IMG/VR virus record: IMGVR_UViG_3300033076_000337 | Coordinates: 1 to 27,535 of that record | Source of the DNA: a virus | Taxonomy: Duplodnaviria > Caudoviricetes | Reading direction: 5' to 3' (one strand) | Length of the DNA: 27,535 bases | Part shown: positions 8,141-15,748 of the stretch, one piece after another | How positions within the stretch are numbered: the stretch's first letter is position 1 | Layout: the number at the start of each line of letters is the position of its first letter | The notes under the pieces: generated by a model | The model's database searches: none | The model's input: only the letters and a program-made list of their open reading frames with translations | What the model was told of the DNA's origin: nothing | Made by a program: the position numbers and the translations under genes

Positions 8141-8169
8141 ATTATACTTTGTTTTGCGTGATACGTCAA
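8141..8169 (-). promoter_or_regulatory. sigma70 promoter TTGACG-17-TATAAT, probably giving a leaderless mRNA
   Basis: The -10 box ends 5 nt before ATG 8135 and no SD is present. Confidence 0.75.
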
Positions 8170-8741
8170 GGCCACATTTTCCTACATGCATCAATAATTT
8201 GTTGATTACGGATAAACGCTCTATCAACTAAACCAATTTGCTTGTCAAACCATTCGGCAGTAACACTGGCACTAGTCGGATTGGGAATACTAATTTTGGC
8301 TGTACTGTCTGGACCTTCACGCACAATACCAATATTATGTTTGTGCAGTAGCTTAACCATTTTGTCATTGTAACTGAGACAATGCATGTACACCCAATTG
8401 TATTTTCTATTTTGGCACCAACGCAATGCAAACAGTAACAAGTCACTGCCGGCACCTTTACGTTGGTAACGCTTATCGATACTTAACCCTAGCTCTGCTT
8501 CATTGGCATTGTTAATAGCAATGTGGCAAATACCCACTATGTTACCAGACAAGTCTTTAACAGCAATAATAGTATCAACGTCTGCCGCGGCCCATTCGTC
8601 TATTAACTTGTCTATGATTTCCTTAGGAGCACAATAGCCAAACCTACACAATAGACTTTCGTCATCTAGGTTCTTTAAGTGCTCGCGATAGATTTCCCAC
8701 TTGTCGGTGTTAAGGACAAATGGGTGTGTAATATTAGACAT
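8166..8741 (-). CDS. GNAT-family N-acetyltransferase
   Basis: 'AELGLSIDKRYQRKGAGSDLL' is acetyl-CoA motif A (QxxGxG); 'CLSYNDKM' is motif B. Confidence 0.85.
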   Translation of the reverse strand: MSNITHPFVLNTDKWEIYREHLKNLDDESLLCRFGYCAPKEIIDKLIDEWAAADVDTIIAVKDLSGNIVGICHIAINNANEAELGLSIDKRYQRKGAGSDLLLFALRWCQNRKYNWVYMHCLSYNDKMVKLLHKHNIGIVREGPDSTAKISIPNPTSASVTAEWFDKQIGLVDRAFIRNQQIIDACRKMWP

Positions 8742-8961
8742 TAGACAGGAAGTTAGCCACAGACTTCATTTCTTCTGGGTTAAGAAAAAATTCGTAAGTG
8801 CTATCATTGATTAGTTCTCCCTTGGTGTTAAACTCTTCTCTAACGAAGTAAACAGCCTTAAGGTCGGTTGGTCGCAATATATCATTGATCTTAACTGTCA
8901 TTTTAAAACTAGGAGTGTCTGTGATAACTGCTTCACGGGTGTTTAAATTAAATGTACTCAT
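8734..8961 (-). CDS. hypothetical protein, 75 aa
   Basis: ATG 8961 lies 1 nt after the HIT stop. Confidence 0.7.
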   Translation of the reverse strand: MSTFNLNTREAVITDTPSFKMTVKINDILRPTDLKAVYFVREEFNTKGELINDSTYEFFLNPEEMKSVANFLSNV

Positions 8962-8962
8962 G

Positions 8963-9352
8963 TTACGCTTTCTTATAATTGGCTTTGCCAGGAATAACTC
9001 CGCGGACTCCGCCAGTTGGATCTTCGCAATCACCGTGATAGCGAGGAATTAAATGTACATGCGGCCAGTCAACAGTCTGTCCTGCCGCCTTACCATAGTT
9101 TAGGCCAATGTTAAAGCCGTCCCATTCGCCGCCCTTAACCATTTCTCTTCCATGGTTTACTGCATCTTCAAATGCATCGTTTAATACTCTTGTGTTGTTG
9201 TACTTAGGTACAAATAGCAAATGGCCATAGCTAACTGGATACTTGTCTCTATAAACTGCCACGTGGAAATCTTCCCATACTAGGTCAGTCCACGGTGCAG
9301 TACTATCTTCTTTGTCGTCAGGTATACCTGGAAAAATCTTCTCGTCACGCAT
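8963..9352 (-). CDS. HIT-family nucleotide hydrolase
   Basis: 'DKYPVSYGHLLFVPK', 'GFNIGLNYGKAAGQTV.WPHVHLIPR'. The first triad His is replaced by Trp. Confidence 0.9.
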   Translation of the reverse strand: MRDEKIFPGIPDDKEDSTAPWTDLVWEDFHVAVYRDKYPVSYGHLLFVPKYNNTRVLNDAFEDAVNHGREMVKGGEWDGFNIGLNYGKAAGQTVDWPHVHLIPRYHGDCEDPTGGVRGVIPGKANYKKA

Positions 9353-9527
9353 TTTTAATCTCACTGAATCTCGCCAAGAACGCATCAATCAAACATTCAT
9401 ACATTTGTTCTGTACGTTCATTTGAATACGTTACCCATACACCTGCATCGTTCTGATATACCATTTCAACCTTAAAGGTTTGAAAGTTGTTACCTTGCCA
9501 TCTGCTTCCTGGATCTACTCTATTCAT
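9345..9527 (-). CDS. small hypothetical protein, 60 aa
   Basis: ATG 9527 follows the PRTase stop. The ORF-track start at 9641 overlaps the PRTase. Confidence 0.65.
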   Translation of the reverse strand: MNRVDPGSRWQGNNFQTFKVEMVYQNDAGVWVTYSNERTEQMYECLIDAFLARFSEIKNA

Positions 9528-9546
9528 CGTTCTACCATATTTTAAA

Positions 9547-10044
9547 TCATTCCCACCAGTTCTCCCAGGGGAATACAATCCATTTGTCGTCTTCTGCTTT
9601 GTTAATATAACTAGCAGAATAGTCGACTCGTTTAAATTCACTAGCTTCGTTGTTAATTAAAACAGCAAAGCGAACATTCTCATGCCATACTTCGTTCCAT
9701 GCGACATCGTGTGGAAAGCAACCACTGGGCCAGTCTTGCTTGATCCAGTTTAGTGTTGCACCACTGTCGTTAATATCATCGACAATGAGAATGTTTTTAC
9801 CTGCTAACGCATCTTCGGCCATCCACAAATTGCTTTCTGGACCAAGCTCACTGCCATCACGCAAACTAACGTTTAGTGTATGCAATGGAATTTGCATCCA
9901 ATGACTTAGCATAGTTGCAGGAATAAGTCCGCCCCTAGTAAGTCCAACAATATAGTCTGGTCGCCAGCGAGTCATTGTAATCTGTCTTGCAAGATTTGCA
10001 ACATAACTCTTTAGCGTTTTATCGTCTACATACACCTTGTTCAT
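9547..10044 (-). CDS. type I phosphoribosyltransferase (purine/Gpt-like)
   Basis: 'IVGLTRGG', PRPP-binding loop 'ILIVDDINDSGATL', C-terminal 'WIVFPWE'. ATGA overlap. Confidence 0.9.
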   Translation of the reverse strand: MNKVYVDDKTLKSYVANLARQITMTRWRPDYIVGLTRGGLIPATMLSHWMQIPLHTLNVSLRDGSELGPESNLWMAEDALAGKNILIVDDINDSGATLNWIKQDWPSGCFPHDVAWNEVWHENVRFAVLINNEASEFKRVDYSASYINKAEDDKWIVFPWENWWE

Positions 10045-10505
10045 TTGCTTAGTCCTCTTAGCATCCATTCGGCCAACATGTCACGAATTTCAGGATATTT
10101 TTCCATTAGGTCGTCATTGGTTGACATAGTCATAAACGCACGTTTAATCATATGTACGTCATTTACAAACTCATCCCAATCAATAGTGTGTTCTATAGTT
10201 TTAAAGATAACCTTTTCATTGTCTGCTTCAATTGATAGCTTAGGCTGTGATAACGTAAACGTACCATTCCAGTTACTGTTAGTACCAATAGTATAAGCAG
10301 AAGTAGCAGTAGTGGATGATCCTACTGCACCTGCGGTCAGCGTAGTGTATTGAGAATTCCAAGTTGAAGCCGAAGTTGACGCCATAGTAGTTGTTAAACT
10401 AGATTGTAAAGTGTCAATCTCTTGTTGACTCAAACTGATAGTAATGCTATCATCCACCGTCCAGTTATCTACATACTGTGGTGTAGCTGGAAATTTCTTC
10501 TTCAT
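10041..10505 (-). CDS. hypothetical protein with a Thr/Ser-rich low-complexity middle, 154 aa
   Basis: Starts 1 nt after the folE stop and is coupled to the PRTase. Confidence 0.75.
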   Translation of the reverse strand: MKKKFPATPQYVDNWTVDDSITISLSQQEIDTLQSSLTTTMASTSASTWNSQYTTLTAGAVGSSTTATSAYTIGTNSNWNGTFTLSQPKLSIEADNEKVIFKTIEHTIDWDEFVNDVHMIKRAFMTMSTNDDLMEKYPEIRDMLAEWMLRGLSK

Positions 10506-10506
10506 G

Positions 10507-11187
10507 TTATCTCTTGCAGTTGTTTACAATGTTCATGAATTCATTGCGTACAGCAGGTTCATGTTTAAAGCAACCACCTAATTTACTTGTAACAGTACTA
10601 GATCCTGTGTCTTCTACACCACGCGATTTAACGCAATAGTGTTGGGCATCAATCACAACAGCAATGTCATCTGTTTCGAGAATGTATTGCAATGCGTGAT
10701 AGATTTGTTCTGTTAGACGTTCTTGAATCTGCGGACGCTTGCTAAAGTATTCAACCACACGATTGATTTTACTTAGGCCTAAAACCTTTTGCTTGGGAAT
10801 ATAAGCAACAGTGGCCAAGCCATCAATAACAACAAAGTGATGTTCACAATTACTTTGGACATTGACGTTACGTTCAATAACCATTTCGTCGTATTTCATT
10901 TTGTTATCTACAGTTGTACACTTAGGAAATGCTTCGTAGTCTAGACCCCAAAAGATTTCGTTGACATACATTTTTGCCACACGCTTGGGTGTTTCAATAA
11001 GACTGTCATCGGCGAGGTCTAAACCCAATACCTGCATGATGTGGGTAAAGCTCTTTTCAATCTCGTCGATTTTATCTTTACGATCCATATTGTGCTGGAA
11101 CGTAGGAGTTTCCACGCCCATTGCTACTAGATGCTCATGTACACGTTGACCCAATTCTGGGTCGGTTTTTGTCTTGTTATATGACAT
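10507..11187 (-). CDS. folE: GTP cyclohydrolase I
   Basis: 'ETPKRVAKMY', 'SNCEHH', 'GLSKINR', 'RPQIQERLT', 'HYCVKSRG'. Confidence 0.97.
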   Translation of the reverse strand: MSYNKTKTDPELGQRVHEHLVAMGVETPTFQHNMDRKDKIDEIEKSFTHIMQVLGLDLADDSLIETPKRVAKMYVNEIFWGLDYEAFPKCTTVDNKMKYDEMVIERNVNVQSNCEHHFVVIDGLATVAYIPKQKVLGLSKINRVVEYFSKRPQIQERLTEQIYHALQYILETDDIAVVIDAQHYCVKSRGVEDTGSSTVTSKLGGCFKHEPAVRNEFMNIVNNCKR

Positions 11188-11228
11188 ATTGATATCCTTC
11201 CTTACACGGATGTTAAATTTGAATTGTA

Positions 11229-11248
11229 GTGCTACCGTTGTGTAGCAC
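11229..11248 (-). other. stem-loop in the folE leader (GTGCTAC-N6-GTAGCAC)
   Basis: Perfect 7-bp inverted repeat in the 63-nt intergenic gap. No U-tract. Confidence 0.55.
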
Positions 11249-11250
11249 AG

Positions 11251-11721
11251 TTATTTAACATTGTTCTTTAAATTTTCAGCTTCAGCTACACGCTTACGTA
11301 GACTGCTGGAGCTAAAGCTATGATCTCTACCATTAAACACTAGCTCAATACCACGTTGCTCACATTCCATACGGCCTGTAAAGTTTTTGTCGCGATACTC
11401 TACTCCCAGTATTCTAACATCAATAGGAAGTATGAGCAAGAGGTCAACCAAGTCTTGTTCGGTATTATACACAACAATTTCGTCCACATAGCGAACAGCG
11501 GCCAATTGGATTTGCCGTTCGACTATGCTTTGAATTGGTGCGTTCTTTTCTGGACGATCCCATTGTGCATTGTTTTGCAATCCAGCAATGAGATAGTCAC
11601 AGTGATTTTTGGCTTCGGCTAGCATTGCTATATGGCCAGCATGTAGCATATCAAATTGGCTAAAGGTAATTCCTATCTTTAAGCCTTTGTCTTTGAGTTC
11701 TCTAACCTTGCTAAAAATCAT
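11251..11721 (-). CDS. cytidylyltransferase-like (TagD/RfaE-II HxGH family) nucleotidyltransferase
   Basis: 'FSQFDMLHAGH', 'SIVER', 'YVDEI', 'RDHSFSSSSLR'. Confidence 0.9.
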   Translation of the reverse strand: MIFSKVRELKDKGLKIGITFSQFDMLHAGHIAMLAEAKNHCDYLIAGLQNNAQWDRPEKNAPIQSIVERQIQLAAVRYVDEIVVYNTEQDLVDLLLILPIDVRILGVEYRDKNFTGRMECEQRGIELVFNGRDHSFSSSSLRKRVAEAENLKNNVK

Positions 11722-12797
11722 TTAATGTTCCTTAGAATACCATCTGCACTAAAGAAGTTGTGTTTAACAAGATCCTTAGTTTGCACAATAGTTTCAAAGT
11801 GACCTTGATTCTTAAGAGCAGTCATAGTTGTACGAATGTAATCAACCATTCTATCCTTGTAATTCAAGTAACTGTCAAAACTTTCTGTCCATCGCGAATC
11901 GTACTTAAAGTCTGGCGGATACATTTCTGTATAGCTTAACCTATTGGGCATCATAGGAAATGAATTAACACACAATGCTTCATAGCAACTAATACCTAAA
12001 GTCTCCTGCAAGTTAGCACTAAACACAATCCTACTACGACCTAATAGTTCGTGGTATTCATGTTTTGTTAGTTGTTGCTCTTGTGCTACTACCCAATTGT
12101 ATTCAGGCATAGCGGCGGCAAGATCCTTAAAGATATCTAATTGCTTTTCAGGAGCAATACGATGTGGGAATAGGATAATGTCTTCTTTAGGCAAGTCTTT
12201 AAACGGTGCTAAAGTCTCGTCTAAGTATTCCATCGGCCAGCCACTGCGTACAATCTTACCTGTTTGCAATTGTTCTTTGATCCACCACTCTGCACCGTCT
12301 GCAAAAACTTCTGCAAACATTTTGATATGGAAGTCGGTGGCAAAGTAGTTATGGTCAACAGCACTAAAGAAACTAATCTCTGCGTGTCTAACCCATTTAG
12401 CATCGCCTATCAGTCTGCCCAAGAAGTCTTGCGGGTCATAACTGCCAGCATGCCATAAAGCATGAATAGTTACAGGAATCTGTAACAGTTCGCTCATGTA
12501 CTTTAGGTTAATGATACCTGGGTGCCAAGCATCAGTAAACAAAAAGTGATCACCGGGACGAACGGCTCCGTCACAAAATAAACGGCCCATTTGCTCAACT
12601 TGTACAGACTTATATATGTTAGTCCCACCAAAATTAAGAAAAGCGCCTGGAGTGGTAGCACTAGGGATATCCGTAGGGCCGTCAATAATTTGAACATTGT
12701 GTCCTGCCTTTCGTAGTAGTTCAGGTACATGAGTCTTCCATTGACCCGTGTACCTTGTTTCTACGCTTTCTAAATCAACTAGAAAGACGTTCGACAT
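11718..12797 (-). CDS. GT-B glycosyltransferase (GT4-like)
   Basis: 'FPHRIAPEKQ' and 'SANLQETLGISCYEA' (E-x7-E donor-binding motif). TAATG coupling at 12797. Confidence 0.85.
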   Translation of the reverse strand: MSNVFLVDLESVETRYTGQWKTHVPELLRKAGHNVQIIDGPTDIPSATTPGAFLNFGGTNIYKSVQVEQMGRLFCDGAVRPGDHFLFTDAWHPGIINLKYMSELLQIPVTIHALWHAGSYDPQDFLGRLIGDAKWVRHAEISFFSAVDHNYFATDFHIKMFAEVFADGAEWWIKEQLQTGKIVRSGWPMEYLDETLAPFKDLPKEDIILFPHRIAPEKQLDIFKDLAAAMPEYNWVVAQEQQLTKHEYHELLGRSRIVFSANLQETLGISCYEALCVNSFPMMPNRLSYTEMYPPDFKYDSRWTESFDSYLNYKDRMVDYIRTTMTALKNQGHFETIVQTKDLVKHNFFSADGILRNIK

Positions 12798-13087
12798 TAT
12801 TGCTTCCACGCACTTTTATACACACCAACGTGGATCTTCAGCTTCTTAGGACTGCGATCCTCTGTTAGTTGAATTACTGCATCAAATGTTACAGAATTCT
12901 CTTTGTATTGTTCCTCTGGAAGGTCATACCCATAAATGAGACGATCCTTCTGCAAGTCACGCAAGTATGCGTGGAACAAGTCTGCTACTAGGTAACCACT
13001 ACCTTCGTACATAACACCATCATATGGCTCGGCAATTTTAAGTAGGTCATACTTAATATTGTCCATGCTAATCATGGGTCTAATCAT
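12797..13087 (-). CDS. hypothetical protein, about 96 aa
   Basis: ATG 13087 follows the upstream stop at 13092. Exact start uncertain. Confidence 0.65.
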   Translation of the reverse strand: MIRPMISMDNIKYDLLKIAEPYDGVMYEGSGYLVADLFHAYLRDLQKDRLIYGYDLPEEQYKENSVTFDAVIQLTEDRSPKKLKIHVGVYKSAWKQ

Positions 13088-13091
13088 TGGC

Positions 13092-13457
13092 TTAGTATTC
13101 GATGTATGCGCCATTTTCGTCGTCCTCGGAAATATCGATCCGGACACTACGTCCTGGATACTTAGATGAGATTTGATTGTATAAGTCTTCTGACATCATT
13201 TCACAACTCTTAAAGTCTAGTTGTAAAACGCCGTCTTTATATAAGTTCTCTAACCAGCGTTTAAACTGGATGAACTCAATGTCCCTGTCGTCGTGTGTTA
13301 CACTGATCCATACCTTAAAGTGGAAAATGTGACGATGTGGGTAGCCTAAAAAGCTAACATCATATTCGTCGCCAGTTGCCAACTTAGGGTCAGTTAGTGC
13401 GGCCGGGTATTTGTGAATACCTTCTTTTTGAAATTTAACGTAAATCCATTTTTGCAT
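13092..13457 (-). CDS. dpdL: QueD-paralog T-fold protein, DpdL-like (candidate CDG decarboxylase)
   Basis: His ligands 'EGIH...LGYPHRHIF'. LxxxHRHxF replaces the QueD CxxxHGH motif (the DpdL signature as I recall it). Also 'SCE' and 'EDDENGA'. Located in a dpdA/folE/queE context. Confidence 0.7.
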   Translation of the reverse strand: MQKWIYVKFQKEGIHKYPAALTDPKLATGDEYDVSFLGYPHRHIFHFKVWISVTHDDRDIEFIQFKRWLENLYKDGVLQLDFKSCEMMSEDLYNQISSKYPGRSVRIDISEDDENGAYIEY

Positions 13458-13459
13458 GG

Positions 13460-13978
13460 TTACTCCTTAATAGGCGTGTCGCCAATATAGTCTTTCCAGT
13501 CAGTGTATACTTCTCTGGATTTCAATGTGTCAAGCGGATGGCACCAGACTCCTGGGTTACTGTGTCCCCAAGTAGTGTCATCGATCTTCAACGTTGCATT
13601 GTAGTTGTACAACTTAATGTACGGCAACTTAACACTAATCATAGGAATGAATGTAAAGAATTCATTCCATCCTTCTTCGTGAATGTCGTTAGCAAATTCA
13701 ACACCAAAGTCTAATGTAACCCAATACCCTTGTTTTAGTAATGGTGTAATCATAGCGTCCCACTTGCGCCAATCTTCTTGGCTCTTAGGTTGGAAACTTT
13801 GACTGGTACCAAAGTACAAATGTCTTAGGTTATTATCAGTGGCGTGTTTGATAATTTCTTCTACTGGACGGACTCCAACAACAAACAAAGTCTTTTCATT
13901 CTTCATTGCTGTGTTCTCGACTTCCGTGCCGACGAAGTAAATTACTTGCTGTCGTCCTTGTGTATCAAGTTCTAGCAT
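13460..13978 (-). CDS. conserved phage hypothetical protein (GTEVE...KIDD...SNPGVWCH), 172 aa
   Basis: Tightly packed between the dehydrogenase and the DpdL-like gene. No family recognised. Confidence 0.8.
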   Translation of the reverse strand: MLELDTQGRQQVIYFVGTEVENTAMKNEKTLFVVGVRPVEEIIKHATDNNLRHLYFGTSQSFQPKSQEDWRKWDAMITPLLKQGYWVTLDFGVEFANDIHEEGWNEFFTFIPMISVKLPYIKLYNYNATLKIDDTTWGHSNPGVWCHPLDTLKSREVYTDWKDYIGDTPIKE

Positions 13979-14873
13979 TGTCGTTCCATTTAATGTACCC
14001 CCTGGAATATCCAGCAGGTCTGTTTAATCCGTCAGTAAAAGCCTGTTGCCACTCTGTATCTCTATTATACTCCTTGGACCAGAATCTGTCAACATTAATG
14101 TCTCCATTAGTTATCCAGTATTCAGCATCCTTCATACACTGATAAAATTTATCAGTACGTGGACTAGGAAATATAACAGTACATGCCTTCCAAAGAAGTT
14201 TTGCAAAGTTGGTCTGCACTTCTTTTTCTACACCCATAACAACTAAGGCTTCGTTGTTTAACATGTCTTTGTTAAAAACATCGTTGTTAGGACTCAAATC
14301 AATTACAACATCAAATGTGCCTTCGTATTGTGGTTTTAGTACACTACCCCAAAGTTCTTTGTTACTGTGTCCATATACAGTAATATCAAAATCAATGTGA
14401 TTGAGTAAGATAGTATTATAAGCCACCCATGCTAGAAACCCGCTACCTAGAATTAAGAGTCTTCGTCCCGGGCCGCTTCGTTCGGCAATTTCTCGAATGG
14501 GTTGTTGTACCACGTTAATGCCGCAAGCCACTGGCTCCAAAATATATCTTGGTAAAGGCTCTGGAACCTTAACATACTCTCTAGTACGAACATTGTATTC
14601 GTCTGCGTATCCTGGTTCTCCTCTTGTTGCGACATAGTCACCTACCTTTACATCAGTTACATCTTGGCCTAGTAGGATTACTTGACCCAAACCTTCATGC
14701 CCTTGCATGTTCAATGGTAAAGGTCCAAAGTTACCCTGCATCATATCAATGTCACTCCGGCAAACGCCGGTCATAACACTACGTACACGGATATCGGTTG
14801 GACCTAAATCAGCAACAACAAATTCAGTTTCAATAAATTCGCCGTTGCCTGTAGTTGCTAACACTCTATTCAT
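13965..14873 (-). CDS. Zn-dependent medium-chain dehydrogenase/reductase (sugar-alcohol dehydrogenase-like)
   Basis: 'GVCRSD', 'GHEGLG', 'VKVGDYV', 'LEPVAC', Rossmann-like 'ILGSGFLA'. No structural-Zn Cys4 lobe. ATGA overlap. Confidence 0.88.
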   Translation of the reverse strand: MNRVLATTGNGEFIETEFVVADLGPTDIRVRSVMTGVCRSDIDMMQGNFGPLPLNMQGHEGLGQVILLGQDVTDVKVGDYVATRGEPGYADEYNVRTREYVKVPEPLPRYILEPVACGINVVQQPIREIAERSGPGRRLLILGSGFLAWVAYNTILLNHIDFDITVYGHSNKELWGSVLKPQYEGTFDVVIDLSPNNDVFNKDMLNNEALVVMGVEKEVQTNFAKLLWKACTVIFPSPRTDKFYQCMKDAEYWITNGDINVDRFWSKEYNRDTEWQQAFTDGLNRPAGYSRGYIKWNDNART

Positions 14874-15748
14874 AATGCTAATTGTTCGTGGATCCAAATG
14901 TCTTGTGCCAGTTGATTCTGCCAAAACTCTTTATTGTCTTTATTCTTTAGTGCATGTTGGATCATAGCTTTGTAAGCACTTTCTGGGCACAGGCCTAGCT
15001 CGTGTTTGACTGCACTATTTTTCATTCCAAAGCTAATGTAAACATCATCAGCTTTATCGTCTTTCCAGTTTGCACTAATGGTCCACTTAGTATCGCCGTT
15101 GACGAATTCCATTTTACAGAAGTCGTCTACATCATACACACCTTGTTTGTTTACAGTACCATACTCAGTATCTGTAATTGTATTTAGGTCATGATTCTGT
15201 AAAGCCTGAAGTTGTATTCTATTGCCTTTAGTGTAATCTGTCAAGGCCACGTAGTAGCTTAACAAGTGAGGAACCAAGTCCCTACTAACACCACCATATG
15301 CCAAGGCCCTGTTAGTGAACCAACTACCTGGGTTAGGTACTCGGTTCTTACTGTTCCAAATAACATGTACAGTTGAACTTTGGTCAGCAAGGCGTTTGAA
15401 GTCCTGCAAAGTATCACGGTACTGGTTATTCTTTACCATCATGAATTTAGTATTTGGAAAGTCTTCTACTAAACGCTTCCAAGACATTGCATCTTTGACT
15501 CCTGGCTTTTCAACAAATATAATGCCAGCAAAGTTAGCCACTTCCCTAGCAATTTTTTCGTGTGTAAAGTTTGGAGTGCAAATGTTAACAGTATCAAAAT
15601 AGCCATGTGTAGTGATGGCATCTTGTACAGTTTCAAAATCGGCATCGCGATTTGGGTCAACTGTGACGACAGTATGACCCAATTGTTCTAATACTGGGCG
15701 ATAGACTGCGTTGCCAAAGCCCATGCCCACTATTAAACTAATTGTCAC
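14870..15748 (-). CDS. Gfo/Idh/MocA-family NAD(P)-dependent oxidoreductase
   Basis: 'IVGMGFG', 'ICTPNFTH', 'IFVEKP', 'GGVSRDLVPH'. GTGA overlap with the dpdA stop. Confidence 0.9.
   Translation of the reverse strand: MTISLIVGMGFGNAVYRPVLEQLGHTVVTVDPNRDADFETVQDAITTHGYFDTVNICTPNFTHEKIAREVANFAGIIFVEKPGVKDAMSWKRLVEDFPNTKFMMVKNNQYRDTLQDFKRLADQSSTVHVIWNSKNRVPNPGSWFTNRALAYGGVSRDLVPHLLSYYVALTDYTKGNRIQLQALQNHDLNTITDTEYGTVNKQGVYDVDDFCKMEFVNGDTKWTISANWKDDKADDVYISFGMKNSAVKHELGLCPESAYKAMIQHALKNKDNKEFWQNQLAQDIWIHEQLAL

Noticed and set aside
11229-11248. Rho-independent terminator
   Set aside because: No U-tract follows the hairpin on either strand. Kept only as a possible regulatory structure.
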